Below are positions 38,804 through 48,327 of a DNA stretch of 64,000 bases, in pieces; within the stretch, counting starts at the first letter, position 1, and every line of letters starts with the position of its first letter. Both the position numbers and the translations under genes were made by a program. The stretch is from Bacteroidota bacterium. Lineage in GTDB: Bacteria > Bacteroidota > Bacteroidia > Flavobacteriales > Flavobacteriaceae. The notes below the pieces were generated by a model. The model had not been told where the DNA came from. It saw only the letters and a list, made by a program, of their open reading frames with translations, and ran no database searches. Where the stretch lies: contig JBCBPD010000002.1 in the NCBI GenBank assembly GCA_039820925.1, positions 21,887 through 85,886 on the forward strand. The letters are read 5' to 3'.

Positions 38804-39571
38804 ATGGCTAAAACGATGCTTTCCGTGGCTTCTTTATCTATTGGGTATGGCCCTAAAACCATCCTTGAAAATCTTGATTTTTCGATACCAAAAGGATGCT
38901 TTGTAGGGGTAGTAGGCGTAAATGGAGTAGGTAAATCCACTTTGATGCGAACTCTAGGGGGATTTCAATCCGCCTTAGCTGGAGAAATTCAATTGGAAAA
39001 TCAACCTTTACAAACGATTTTACCAAATCCGCTTGCCAAACTGCGGAGCGTAGTGCTAACCGAACAAGGTGTAGCCCAGAATTTAACGGTACAAGAACTC
39101 ATTGCTTTAGGGCGCTACCCTTACACGAATTGGTGGGGAAAATTAACAGAGGAAGACCATCAACAAATCTTGAAAAGTTTGGAACTTCTGGAACTTGTTC
39201 CATTGAAAGACCAAAAGTTTCATGAATTGAGTGACGGACAACGTCAACGGGTTTGGCTCGCCAGAGCCTTGGCGCAACAAACTCCCCTTATCCTTTTGGA
39301 TGAACCTACTACCCACCTGGACTTGTACCACAAAATCCAAATTTTAAAGATGCTTCAAAGCATCAGTCATCGTGAGGAAAAAACAATTCTGTTTACTACC
39401 CACGAAATCAACATGGCCCTGCAATTGTGTGACCGAATTCTTTTGTTAGATACTGCCTCATCAGCTTTTGGCACCCCTGCCGAATTGATTTCCGGGGGAC
39501 ATTTCCAACGATTGTTCCCAAAAGGGATGGTTGATTTTGATGAAAAAACGGGGGCTTTTGTTATCAAATGA
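38804..39571 (+). CDS. ABC transporter ATP-binding protein (BtuD/FecE-like)
   Basis: GVNGVGKST, LSDGQRQR, LLDEPTTHLD, TTHE. Confidence 0.92.
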   Translation: MAKTMLSVASLSIGYGPKTILENLDFSIPKGCFVGVVGVNGVGKSTLMRTLGGFQSALAGEIQLENQPLQTILPNPLAKLRSVVLTEQGVAQNLTVQELIALGRYPYTNWWGKLTEEDHQQILKSLELLELVPLKDQKFHELSDGQRQRVWLARALAQQTPLILLDEPTTHLDLYHKIQILKMLQSISHREEKTILFTTHEINMALQLCDRILLLDTASSAFGTPAELISGGHFQRLFPKGMVDFDEKTGAFVIK

Positions 39572-39622
39572 TTTCACAAGCTTCGTCGGGAATCAGTTAT
39601 CTTTATCCGTAGAAAACTTTTT

Positions 39623-40969
39623 ATGAGTACAGCGTTGATATACGTTTTGGTTGGTTTGGCATCTGTTGTAATTGGTTTGGTATTGGGCATGTATATTCAG
39701 AAACTCAAAATCAAATCCAATGAAAGTGTTTGGAAAGAACGAGAAGTTCAAATGAACAATACTATCTCTTCCTTGAATAAAAAAATAATGAATTCGGATG
39801 AGGAGAAAAGGCAGTTACAATCGGAAAAAGAATCTCAAAGCAATGAAATTGTTCGGTACCAAGCAGATTTAGAAAACCTACAACAAAAGCATAGGGAACA
39901 GAAAGGGGAACTCGCAAAACTTCAGGACAAATTTACCAAAGACTTTGAAATCTTGGCAAACAAAATATTAGAGGATAAATCCAAAAAATTCACAAAGAAA
40001 AATCAAGAGAATTTGGAAAATATTTTGAATCCCCTAAAAGAAAAAATAAAAGAGTTTGAAGGTAAAGTAGAGAAAACACATAAAGAAAGTATCGATTACC
40101 ATGCAGCTTTAAGGCAACAAATTGTTGGATTAAAAGAGTTGAATAATCAAATGTCTAAAGAGGCCAATAATTTAACCAAGGCCCTTAAAGGGGATAGCAA
40201 AATGCAGGGCAACTGGGGCGAATTGGTGTTGGAAAGGGTGCTGGAAAAATCAGGTTTGGAAAGAGACCGTGAATACAGCGTACAACAGAGCTTTACGCGA
40301 GAAGACCGAAGCCGCGTTATGCCCGACGTAATTATTCATTTGCCTGATGGTAAAAAAATGATTGTGGATTCCAAGGTTTCCCTAACGGATTACGAACGCT
40401 ATACCAACGCCGAGGAAGCAGACAAACCTGGCTATTTAAAAGATCACATTACATCACTCAGAAAACACGTGTCGCAATTGTCTGCCAAAAGGTATGAAGA
40501 CCTTTATGCGATGGAAAGTCCTGATTTTGTGTTGATGTTCGTGCCCATAGAACCCGCCTTCGCTATAGCCATTAATGAGGACAGCAGTTTGTACAACAAG
40601 GCCTTTGAACAGAATATTGTTATCGTAACGCCTTCTACCCTACTCGCAACGCTTCGCACCATCGATTCGATGTGGAGCAACGAAAAACAACAGCGAAATG
40701 CCATGGAAATTGCACGCCAAGCGGGTGCTTTGTATGATAAGTTTGTTGGCTTTATAGACGATTTAAAAGAGGTAGGTAAAAAAATGGACGATGCGAAAGG
40801 AGAGTACAAAAACGCTATGAATAAGTTGTTTGAAGGGAGAGGAAACATTGTCACCAGCATTGAAAAGCTGAAGAAGCTGGGTGCAAAAGCCAAAAAGTCT
40901 TTACCCGAACCTATTTTGAAACGTGCTGAAAATGTGGAAGAAGATTCCAATCCAACCTTAGAACTGTAG
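39623..40969 (+). CDS. rmuC: DNA recombination protein RmuC
   Basis: TM + coiled coil; ALKGDSKMQGNWGELVLERVLE; PDVIIHLP; VDSKVSL; MFVPIEPA. Confidence 0.93.
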   Translation: MSTALIYVLVGLASVVIGLVLGMYIQKLKIKSNESVWKEREVQMNNTISSLNKKIMNSDEEKRQLQSEKESQSNEIVRYQADLENLQQKHREQKGELAKLQDKFTKDFEILANKILEDKSKKFTKKNQENLENILNPLKEKIKEFEGKVEKTHKESIDYHAALRQQIVGLKELNNQMSKEANNLTKALKGDSKMQGNWGELVLERVLEKSGLERDREYSVQQSFTREDRSRVMPDVIIHLPDGKKMIVDSKVSLTDYERYTNAEEADKPGYLKDHITSLRKHVSQLSAKRYEDLYAMESPDFVLMFVPIEPAFAIAINEDSSLYNKAFEQNIVIVTPSTLLATLRTIDSMWSNEKQQRNAMEIARQAGALYDKFVGFIDDLKEVGKKMDDAKGEYKNAMNKLFEGRGNIVTSIEKLKKLGAKAKKSLPEPILKRAENVEEDSNPTLEL

Positions 40970-40971
40970 TC

Positions 40972-41337
40972 ATGAAAAAGTATATTTTCCTATTTATCGC
41001 AATCATTTTACTAGGAGTGTCCGGTTACTTTGCCTTCGTGTATTATGTTCCGTTCAGTGAAGGCTATCGCTCTGGAGAACTTATCAAATTTAGCCGGAAA
41101 GGGGTTTTGGTCAAGACTTGGGAAGGTGAAATAAGTCAGGGCATCTCTGGCGCACAGATTTTTCAGTTTTCTGTGCACGACAACAAAAAAGAAGTCATTG
41201 AAAAGCTCAAGGAGTATCAGGGGCAATACGTAAAAGTAACCTACCAAGAACGCTATACTACTTTCTTTTGGTGGGGGGATACCAAATATTTCATTACGGA
41301 AGTTGTACAAGAAACGTCGCCTCATTTTAGAAAATGA
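40972..41337 (+). CDS. Conserved small membrane-anchored hypothetical protein
   Basis: N-terminal TM; SEGYRSGELIKFSRKGVLVKTWEGE; WWGDTKYFI. Confidence 0.7.
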   Translation: MKKYIFLFIAIILLGVSGYFAFVYYVPFSEGYRSGELIKFSRKGVLVKTWEGEISQGISGAQIFQFSVHDNKKEVIEKLKEYQGQYVKVTYQERYTTFFWWGDTKYFITEVVQETSPHFRK

Positions 41338-41879
41338 AAAAATTCAAAACTGCCAAAGAATCTAGAGTATCGATTACGGAATTGATGCTCCCCGCACATT
41401 CCAACTTTGGAGGTAAAGTTCATGGAGGTTATATTTTGAGTTTGATGGACCAAATTGCTTTTGCCTGCGCCAGTCGGCATTCACAGAGCTACTGTGTTAC
41501 TGCCTCGGTAAACCGGGTAGATTTTCTTAATCCCATCGATGTGGGTGAGCTGGTCACTTTAAAAGCGAGTATCAACTACACCGGGAAAACCTCTATGGTA
41601 GTTGGGGTTCGGGTGGAATCTGAAAACATTCAAACCGGCGAAATTCGACACTGTAATTCCTCTTATTTCACCATGGTTGCCAAAGACGAACAGGGCAATA
41701 ATGTGGAAGTACCAGGATTGGTTGTAAAAGATAAGACAGGGTTGCGCCGTTTCGCACGCAGTAAAGAGCGAAAATTATCGGCCTTTGACCGCGATTCGAA
41801 GTACAATTCCGAAAAATTCAAGGTCAACGAATACTTGGATTTCTTAGACGGCGAAAATGTAAAATTGGATTTGGATTAA
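41334..41879 (+). CDS. Acyl-CoA thioesterase (hotdog fold)
   Basis: LMLPAHSNFGGKVHGG, VTASVNRVDFLNPI, TGKTSMVVGVRV. Confidence 0.9.
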   Translation: MKKFKTAKESRVSITELMLPAHSNFGGKVHGGYILSLMDQIAFACASRHSQSYCVTASVNRVDFLNPIDVGELVTLKASINYTGKTSMVVGVRVESENIQTGEIRHCNSSYFTMVAKDEQGNNVEVPGLVVKDKTGLRRFARSKERKLSAFDRDSKYNSEKFKVNEYLDFLDGENVKLDLD

Positions 41880-42589
41880 GAGAGCAAGGCAGCGGCATCC
41901 TTGTCCATCCACCAGAAAAGCTTTCCAGAATTTGGCGATACCAAGGCTGCTGGGTATTGTTCGTAATTTGACTTCTTTTCTAGAATTTCCTGAACCTTTT
42001 CCGCCTTACCTTTTCCAGTCACCAAAAAAGCCACTTCCAAGGCGGTATTGATTACTTTTCCATTAATCGAAACCCTTTTTTGACCACTATCCGGATGATT
42101 GGCCACCACGCAATGGTCGTCACTATTCCAAAGTTCAATTTCATGGGGGAAAATAGAAGCCGTATGCCCATCATCACCCATCCCCAATATCACCAAATCA
42201 AATTGCGGTATCCCTCTTACCCTATCCAAATTGATTTCCAAAAGGTTAGCGTAGCGCATGGCTTCCGAAGTAGGGTCATTCTCTCCTAAAATTCGGTGGA
42301 TGTTTTCTTTAGGTACGGATACCTTCGAAAACAAATGCGTTTCCGTCATGAGGTAATTACTGTCCGCATCGTCCGGAGAAACACAACGCTCATCCCCCCA
42401 ATAAAAATGCATTTTCTCCCATGGAAAACTACTCCCGTACGATTCCGCCATGATATCAAATAACAATTTTGGTGTGCTTCCGCCTGAAAGCGCAATATGA
42501 AACACCTCTTTATCTGCGGTAATTTCGAGCAGATGTTCGCAAAACGCCTTCGCTACCGAAGTTTTATCCTCATATATTTTTAATTCCAT
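41876..42589 (-). CDS. pgl: 6-phosphogluconolactonase
   Basis: IALSGGSTP, WGDERCV..DDADSNY, LGMGDDGHTASIFP. Confidence 0.93.
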   Translation of the reverse strand: MELKIYEDKTSVAKAFCEHLLEITADKEVFHIALSGGSTPKLLFDIMAESYGSSFPWEKMHFYWGDERCVSPDDADSNYLMTETHLFSKVSVPKENIHRILGENDPTSEAMRYANLLEINLDRVRGIPQFDLVILGMGDDGHTASIFPHEIELWNSDDHCVVANHPDSGQKRVSINGKVINTALEVAFLVTGKGKAEKVQEILEKKSNYEQYPAALVSPNSGKLFWWMDKDAAALLS

Positions 42590-42628
42590 CGCTTTACTTT
42601 AAGAATTCTCCTCACCTCCCAACCGCAA

Positions 42629-42676
42629 CTGATAATTGTTAATTGATAACTGATAACTGATAACTGATAACTGAAC
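42629..42676. repeat. Intergenic heptamer tandem repeat, CTGATAA-type, about 7 units
   Basis: CTGATAA TTGTTAA TTGATAA CTGATAA CTGATAA CTGATAA CTGAAC. Confidence 0.85.
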
Positions 42677-44209
42677 TTAACAAATCACGCAATAGCCAGG
42701 GTCATCTGCTAGGTTGCGCTCCGGATTCCGCCAATAGCCCAGGTCCTCAATGAGGTCATCTGCATTTTCAGGACCCCAGACACCTGCGGCATATCCGTAC
42801 ATGCGGACATCTTTGCCATTTTTCCAGTATTCCAAAATCGGGTCAACAAATTCCCACGCAGCTTCGACCTCATCCGCACGAGCATAAAGTGTAGCATCTC
42901 CTTGCATGGCATCCAACAACAAACGCTCATAGGCTTCCATCACATAAGTTTCTGCCAAGCTGGAATAATAAAAATCTAAATTAGCGCGCTCTACCTTAAA
43001 ACCTTGACCAGGAACCTTCACTCCAAACTTCACTAAAATGCCCTCGTCAGGCTGGATTCGAATAATGAGTTTGTTATCCTTTGAGCTCACTCCAGAATCC
43101 TGAAAAATCTGATGGTGCGGTGTTTTAAAGTGAATGATGACCTCAGTCACCTTGGTAGGCATTCGTTTAGCCGTGCGAACATAAAACGGAACGCCATGCC
43201 AGCGCCAGTTGTCCACATAAAACTTAACTGCCGCATAGGTTTCCGTCGTGGATTCTGGGTTCACGCCATCTTCCTCGCGATAGCCCTTAACTTTTTTTCC
43301 GTTGATTTCGGAAGCTACATATTGGGCACGAATGGTATTTTCGAACAGTGTAGCATCGTCTTTCATCACCCGAAGGGATTTTAAAGCCTTCACTTTTTCA
43401 TTTCGAATTTCCTCAGGTTGGTCACCGATAGGCGGTTCCATAACTACTAAAGACACGATTTGAAGCAAGTGATTCTGAAACATATCCCGAAGGGCACCAG
43501 ATTTGTCATAATAGCCTCCCCGTTTCTCTACCCCAACACTTTCTGCATTGGTAATTTCCACGTGGTGGATGTAATTTCGATTCCATAAAGGTTCAAAAAT
43601 ACTGTTTGAAAACCGCGTCACGAGCAGGTTTTGAACCGTTTCCTTGCCTAAATAATGGTCAATTCGATAGATTTGCGGTTCCTTAAAGAAGCGTTGCAAG
43701 CCGCGATTTAGATTTTTTGCCGTTTCCAAACTATAGCCAAAAGGTTTCTCCACAATCAACCTTTTCCAACCTGCATCCTGATTATTAAGACCTACTTGCG
43801 CTAAATTCTCGGCAATAGCTTCGTACAAATTCGGTGGGGTGGACAAATAAAACATCATGTTATCATCCGTACCACGTTCAACATTCAACTTTTGGATACG
43901 CTCATTTAGCTTGGAATATTCGGCAGTATAATCACTCCCCAAATCCTCATAGAACAACATGTCCGAAAAACCTCGGATATACGCTTCTTTCAAATCGGAG
44001 AGCTTTTCTTCCAAATAAGGACTTTTATGAACCACGCGGTCCCGGAATTCTTCATCCGTCAAATTGCTGCGGCTCGCGCCTAGCACCGTAAAATTTTTTG
44101 GGAGTTGTTTTGCGACATAAAGGTTAAACAATGCAGGAATCAATTTTCGAGCGGTCAAATCACCAGAGGCTCCAAAAATGACCAATAAATGGTTTTCGGT
44201 TTTTTTCAT
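42677..44209 (-). CDS. zwf: Glucose-6-phosphate 1-dehydrogenase
   Basis: IFGASGDLTARKLIPAL, VEKPFG, RIDHYLGKE, RDMFQNHL, AYERLL. Confidence 0.97.
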   Translation of the reverse strand: MKKTENHLLVIFGASGDLTARKLIPALFNLYVAKQLPKNFTVLGASRSNLTDEEFRDRVVHKSPYLEEKLSDLKEAYIRGFSDMLFYEDLGSDYTAEYSKLNERIQKLNVERGTDDNMMFYLSTPPNLYEAIAENLAQVGLNNQDAGWKRLIVEKPFGYSLETAKNLNRGLQRFFKEPQIYRIDHYLGKETVQNLLVTRFSNSIFEPLWNRNYIHHVEITNAESVGVEKRGGYYDKSGALRDMFQNHLLQIVSLVVMEPPIGDQPEEIRNEKVKALKSLRVMKDDATLFENTIRAQYVASEINGKKVKGYREEDGVNPESTTETYAAVKFYVDNWRWHGVPFYVRTAKRMPTKVTEVIIHFKTPHHQIFQDSGVSSKDNKLIIRIQPDEGILVKFGVKVPGQGFKVERANLDFYYSSLAETYVMEAYERLLLDAMQGDATLYARADEVEAAWEFVDPILEYWKNGKDVRMYGYAAGVWGPENADDLIEDLGYWRNPERNLADDPGYCVIC

Positions 44210-44370
44210 ATCGCAAGTGCTAGTGGTCGCTCTGGAAATTGGTGAAAGCGTGTTATAGATTTCACATACAAGTCTTGAGCAAAACGAATATAAGGTTTAT
44301 TTTAGGTTCCAAATTGGAATCCGTGTCAACAAATGGATATCATTGACGGGATGACCGCAAACCGCAAAAA

Positions 44371-45780
44371 ATGGCAGATACTTACGATTTTGGCCTTGTA
44401 GGCCTAGGCGTTATGGGACGAAACTTTATTCTCAATGTAGTAGACAATGGTTTTACGGCTTACGGGAATGATTTGGACCAGGAAAAAGTTGAAGCCCTAA
44501 TTGCTGAGGGTGGGGATACCGAAAAAGTGAACGCTACCACAGATGCTGGTACTTTTGTGCAATCCCTAAGCTTACCTCGGAAAATCATGTTGCTAGTACC
44601 CGCAGGAAAGGTGGTAGACAGCGTCATAGAAAATCTTTTACCTTATTTAGAAGATGGAGATATCATTATTGATGGTGGCAATTCGTTCTTTACGGATACC
44701 GACCGTCGTGAAGCGTATTTGAAAGAAAAAGGCATCAACTTTTTCGGTTCGGGGGTTTCTGGCGGAGCGAAAGGAGCACGTAAAGGCCCTAGCATCATGC
44801 CGGGAGGTTCAAGAGAGGCTTATCAACATGTGAAACCCATCTTTGAAGCGGTGGCTGCCAAATATCAAGGGGAGCCTTGTGTTACGTATTTAGGACCAAA
44901 ATCTGCCGGGAACTATGTGAAAATGGTTCACAATGGTATTGAATACGGTTTGATGCAATTGACTTCTGAAATCTACGATGTCTTAAAAAAATCGGGAGGC
45001 CTAACGCAAGAGGAGCTTCACAAGACATTCCATTCATGGAACGAAGGAAGGTTGCAATCCTTTTTGGTAGAAATCACTTCCAAAATCATGAACCGTAAAG
45101 ATGACCTGACTGATGGGTATTTGGTGGATATGATTCTGGATAAGGCCAAACAGAAAGGCACTGGAAAATGGACTTCGCAAAACGCGATGGATTTGGGTAT
45201 TCCCGTACCTACTATCGATATTGCGGTAAGTATGCGTGAAATTTCAGCCCTCAAGGGTGAACGCGTTAAAGCGGACGAGGTATACGACCGTCCCCAACCT
45301 GAAACTCCGGATAAAGAAACCCTGATTCAAGAGGCTGAACAAGCACTTTACTTCGCCTTTATCGTTACCTACGCGCAAGGGATGCACCAGTTGGCCGATG
45401 CGAGCAAAGAGTATAGCTATGATTTGGATTTGGGCGAGATTGCCAAAATTTGGAGAGCCGGTTGTATCATTCGTGCGGCGCTTTTGGCGGACATTACCCA
45501 AGCATTTCACGAAAACGAAGCGCTACCCAATCTTTTGCTAGCACCATCTTTCGTTGAGAAGGTTAAGGAAACTGTAGGTGCGGCTCGTAAGTTAGTTGCT
45601 TTTGGCGCGACCAACGGTATTCCGTTACCTGGGCTTTCCAACGCGTTGACCTATTTTGATGCCTATACCAGTAGTAGGCTTCCGCTCAATGTGATTCAAG
45701 CACAAAGAGACTTCTTCGGGTCACACACCTATGAAAGATTGGACCGCGAAGGCATTTTTCATACGGAGTGGGAGGATTAA
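44371..45780 (+). CDS. gndA: NADP-dependent 6-phosphogluconate dehydrogenase
   Basis: GLVGLGVMG, IDGGNS, GVSGG, YVKMVHNGIEYG, WRAGCIIRA, QAQRDFFGSHTYER. Confidence 0.96.
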   Translation: MADTYDFGLVGLGVMGRNFILNVVDNGFTAYGNDLDQEKVEALIAEGGDTEKVNATTDAGTFVQSLSLPRKIMLLVPAGKVVDSVIENLLPYLEDGDIIIDGGNSFFTDTDRREAYLKEKGINFFGSGVSGGAKGARKGPSIMPGGSREAYQHVKPIFEAVAAKYQGEPCVTYLGPKSAGNYVKMVHNGIEYGLMQLTSEIYDVLKKSGGLTQEELHKTFHSWNEGRLQSFLVEITSKIMNRKDDLTDGYLVDMILDKAKQKGTGKWTSQNAMDLGIPVPTIDIAVSMREISALKGERVKADEVYDRPQPETPDKETLIQEAEQALYFAFIVTYAQGMHQLADASKEYSYDLDLGEIAKIWRAGCIIRAALLADITQAFHENEALPNLLLAPSFVEKVKETVGAARKLVAFGATNGIPLPGLSNALTYFDAYTSSRLPLNVIQAQRDFFGSHTYERLDREGIFHTEWED

Positions 45781-45835
45781 GCAAACCTTTTATTTAGTAC
45801 AATTTTATTAAACCCAAAGTGTAAAAAACATTTGT

Positions 45836-45877
45836 GTAACCGAAAGGTTACGTTTATATTTGTAACCAAACGGTTAC
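45836..45877 (+). promoter_or_regulatory. Tandem palindromic operators flanking a TAnnTTTG promoter (ArsR-type)
   Basis: GTAACC-GAAA-GGTTAC (45836-45851), TATATTTG (45855-45862), GTAACC-AAAC-GGTTAC (45862-45877), then ATG at 45881. Confidence 0.75.
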
Positions 45878-45880
45878 TCA

Positions 45881-46210
45881 ATGAGGCGAGATGTTTTCCA
45901 GGCCATAGCAGACCCTTTACGGAGGGATATGATTACCCTTCTCGCCCAAGAGTCGCTAACCATCAACCAAGTCGCCGACCAATTTGAGGTAAGTCGTCCT
46001 GCTGTTTCAAAACATCTTAAAATCTTGGAAGAATGTGGTATTATTTCCATTACCAATCAGGGACGAGAACGATACTGCACCATACAACCGAAACAACTCA
46101 TCCCAGCCTTTTTGTGGATTGACCAATACAAAAGTCTCTGGGAAGAAAAACTTGACAACTTCGAAAACTACATAAACCAATTAAAAAACGAACGAAATGC
46201 AAAATCTTGA
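45881..46210 (+). CDS. ArsR/SmtB family transcriptional regulator
   Basis: DVFQAIADPLRRDMI, SRPAVSKHLKILEECG, QGRERYC. Confidence 0.92.
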   Translation: MRRDVFQAIADPLRRDMITLLAQESLTINQVADQFEVSRPAVSKHLKILEECGIISITNQGRERYCTIQPKQLIPAFLWIDQYKSLWEEKLDNFENYINQLKNERNAKS

Positions 46211-46658
46211 AGACGCCAAATCCCGAACCTTAACCATTGAAAAAGAACTGAATGCATCCCTATCACTCGTGTGGGAAGCTTGGAGTCAACCTGAACATAT
46301 CGCCAAATGGTGGGGACCAAAAGGCATGGAGGTAAGTGTGGAAGCACATAACTTTAAAGTGGGTGGAAACTGGCGGTACAGCATGCGGATGCCTGACGGG
46401 AGCACCTTTACTATAGAAGGAACCTATCTGGCCATTGAAGTGCATGAACGGATTGTCACTTCTGCAGATTTCAAACCCATGACTGAAAATGTGGAACTCC
46501 ATATTCTTTTCGAAGCACGAGGCGAAATGACCCTATTCACCTTCCACTGCGTGCACGAAACGGAAGAATACCGTGCGCAACAAGAAAAAATGGGCTTTTA
46601 CAACGGTTGGGGTTCGGTGTTCGACAACCTAAAAGTGTTTGTAGAAACCGCTTCGTAA
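46197..46658 (+). CDS. SRPBCC/AHSA1 domain protein
   Basis: LVWEAWSQPEHIAKWWGP, FKVGGNWRYSM, GWGSVFDNL. Confidence 0.9.
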   Translation: MQNLEDAKSRTLTIEKELNASLSLVWEAWSQPEHIAKWWGPKGMEVSVEAHNFKVGGNWRYSMRMPDGSTFTIEGTYLAIEVHERIVTSADFKPMTENVELHILFEARGEMTLFTFHCVHETEEYRAQQEKMGFYNGWGSVFDNLKVFVETAS

Positions 46659-46701
46659 ATAAGCAAAGACATATAGTATTTGGAGGTTTGATTTTTCTTT
46701 C

Positions 46702-46734
46702 TATATTTGTAGTGTACTAGTTATCTAATACACT
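46702..46734 (+). promoter_or_regulatory. TAnnTTTG promoter plus YtrA/GntR-type operator
   Basis: TATATTTG (46702-46709) followed by AGTGTACTAG-TTAT-CTAATACACT (46711-46734), 4 nt before the ATG. Confidence 0.7.
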
Positions 46735-46738
46735 ATAT

Positions 46739-47590
46739 ATGTTAACTGTTCAAAACTTATCTTTTGCCTACCCAAAGGCCCCAACGGTATTGAATTCTAT
46801 TGATTTAGAACTCCAGCAAGGGAGCATTTACGGTCTTTTTGGAAAGAATGGCGAAGGAAAAAGCACACTGTTAAAGCTCATGTGTGGCGCACTCTATCCA
46901 CAAAGAGGGCGATGTGTTTTGGATGGGGAAATCATGCAGAATAGAAAAGCTTCCGCCTTGCAAAAGTTATTTTTTGTCCCTGAAAGTTTTGATTTACCGG
47001 CCCTTGAACTTAAGCAATTCCAAAGCGTACAAGCGCCATTCTACCCCAACTTCAATTACGACAGCTTTCATGCCATCCTAAAGGAATTCAAAGTTCTGCA
47101 ACGGGGTTTGCTTTCCAAGTTGTCTTATGGTCAAAAAAAGAAGGTTCTATTGGCTTTTGGTTTGGCCGCGAACACTTCCGTATTACTTATGGATGAGCCC
47201 ACAAATGGTTTGGACATTCCTTCTAAAACCATATTTCGCCAAATATTGGCCTCCTATTTATCAGAAAATACCTGTGCACTTATCGCTACCCATCAAGTAC
47301 GAGACTTGCATAGCTTGATAGACCACGTATTGGTTTTGGAACAAGGCCAGCTCATTTTTGATGCTTCCTTGTTGCAGGTAACCGAAGAACTGTGGTTCGG
47401 TCCTTCCAGCCAAGCAGAGGATGCTCCCCCACTCTACATGGAAACGGGATTCAAGGGCAAAGGGATTTATCCGCGTAAAGCCTTACCCGAGTCCGAAGTG
47501 GATTTAGAGCTACTCTTCAATGGGCTGCTGACGAATCCAACTGAAATCACTTCGTTATTCAAATCCAAAACCGCAGCGTATGGAGTTTGA
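46739..47590 (+). CDS. ABC-2 type transporter ATP-binding protein
   Basis: GKNGEGKST, LSYGQKKK, MDEPTNGLD, ATHQ. Confidence 0.92.
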   Translation: MLTVQNLSFAYPKAPTVLNSIDLELQQGSIYGLFGKNGEGKSTLLKLMCGALYPQRGRCVLDGEIMQNRKASALQKLFFVPESFDLPALELKQFQSVQAPFYPNFNYDSFHAILKEFKVLQRGLLSKLSYGQKKKVLLAFGLAANTSVLLMDEPTNGLDIPSKTIFRQILASYLSENTCALIATHQVRDLHSLIDHVLVLEQGQLIFDASLLQVTEELWFGPSSQAEDAPPLYMETGFKGKGIYPRKALPESEVDLELLFNGLLTNPTEITSLFKSKTAAYGV

Positions 47591-48326
47591 TGTGCAACGA
47601 ATAGGTTTAATGCTCAAAAGAGATATCGTGCTCTTAAAGAACACCTTTCTTACAGGGATTTTAGTTGGGAGTATTGTTTTATTCCTTTTGTGTTTATTCA
47701 ATATGGTTTGGGACCAAAAACTGTCGCCTGAAGAGTTCTTAGGCAGTTTCACCCTTTGTCTTTTTCCGTTAGGCATACTGTTTACATTTACACTTTTTCG
47801 AGAGTTCCACGACCCTAAGTTGAACGCATCCTTTCTAACATTACCCATAGCTTCCGGAGAACGTTTGGCAGCGAAATGGTTGTTGGGAGTTCCGCTTTTT
47901 ATAATTGCATTTTCGGTTGCCGGAATCGTCATTGGTTTTTTGGCCCTGTTTTGTGGGGCGATACTGTTTCGGGTTCCCTTTGATTTTGGCGTTTTGCTTC
48001 AATCAGGGTACTGGAATACCGTTTTTCTCTTTGGTCTCGTACAACCCGTTTTCATGGTGGGAGCCCTTTCCTTTTCGAAAAACCGTTTGGGAAAGACCCT
48101 ACTAGTTCTGGGATTGCTCTTTGTAGGCTTTCTGTTTTTCAACTTTATCGGGTTTGGCGTGCTGAACCATGACTTTGGAATTTTCTACGGGAACGAAATC
48201 ACTTCCGAGGCCTTTGATGAAGCAAGCAGTGATTTTTCGACCATTGGAAAATGGTTTTACGGATTGATTTTTGGTCCGGTGATGCTGTGGGTCGCCTATT
48301 TAAAAATCAAAGAAAAGCAGGTGTGA
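47580..48326 (+). CDS. ABC-2 type permease-like membrane protein
   Basis: About six TM segments; FLTLPIASGERLAAKW; overlaps the ATPase gene. Confidence 0.75.
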   Translation: MEFDVQRIGLMLKRDIVLLKNTFLTGILVGSIVLFLLCLFNMVWDQKLSPEEFLGSFTLCLFPLGILFTFTLFREFHDPKLNASFLTLPIASGERLAAKWLLGVPLFIIAFSVAGIVIGFLALFCGAILFRVPFDFGVLLQSGYWNTVFLFGLVQPVFMVGALSFSKNRLGKTLLVLGLLFVGFLFFNFIGFGVLNHDFGIFYGNEITSEAFDEASSDFSTIGKWFYGLIFGPVMLWVAYLKIKEKQV

Positions 48327-48327
48327 A

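Noticed and set aside
40972-41337. Calling this ORF a 6-phosphogluconate dehydrogenase because it is near the pentose-phosphate genes
   Set aside because: 121 aa with an N-terminal TM and no Rossmann motif; the real gndA is at 44371-45780.
42629-42676. CRISPR array
   Set aside because: 7-nt tandem units without spacers; no cas genes in the window.
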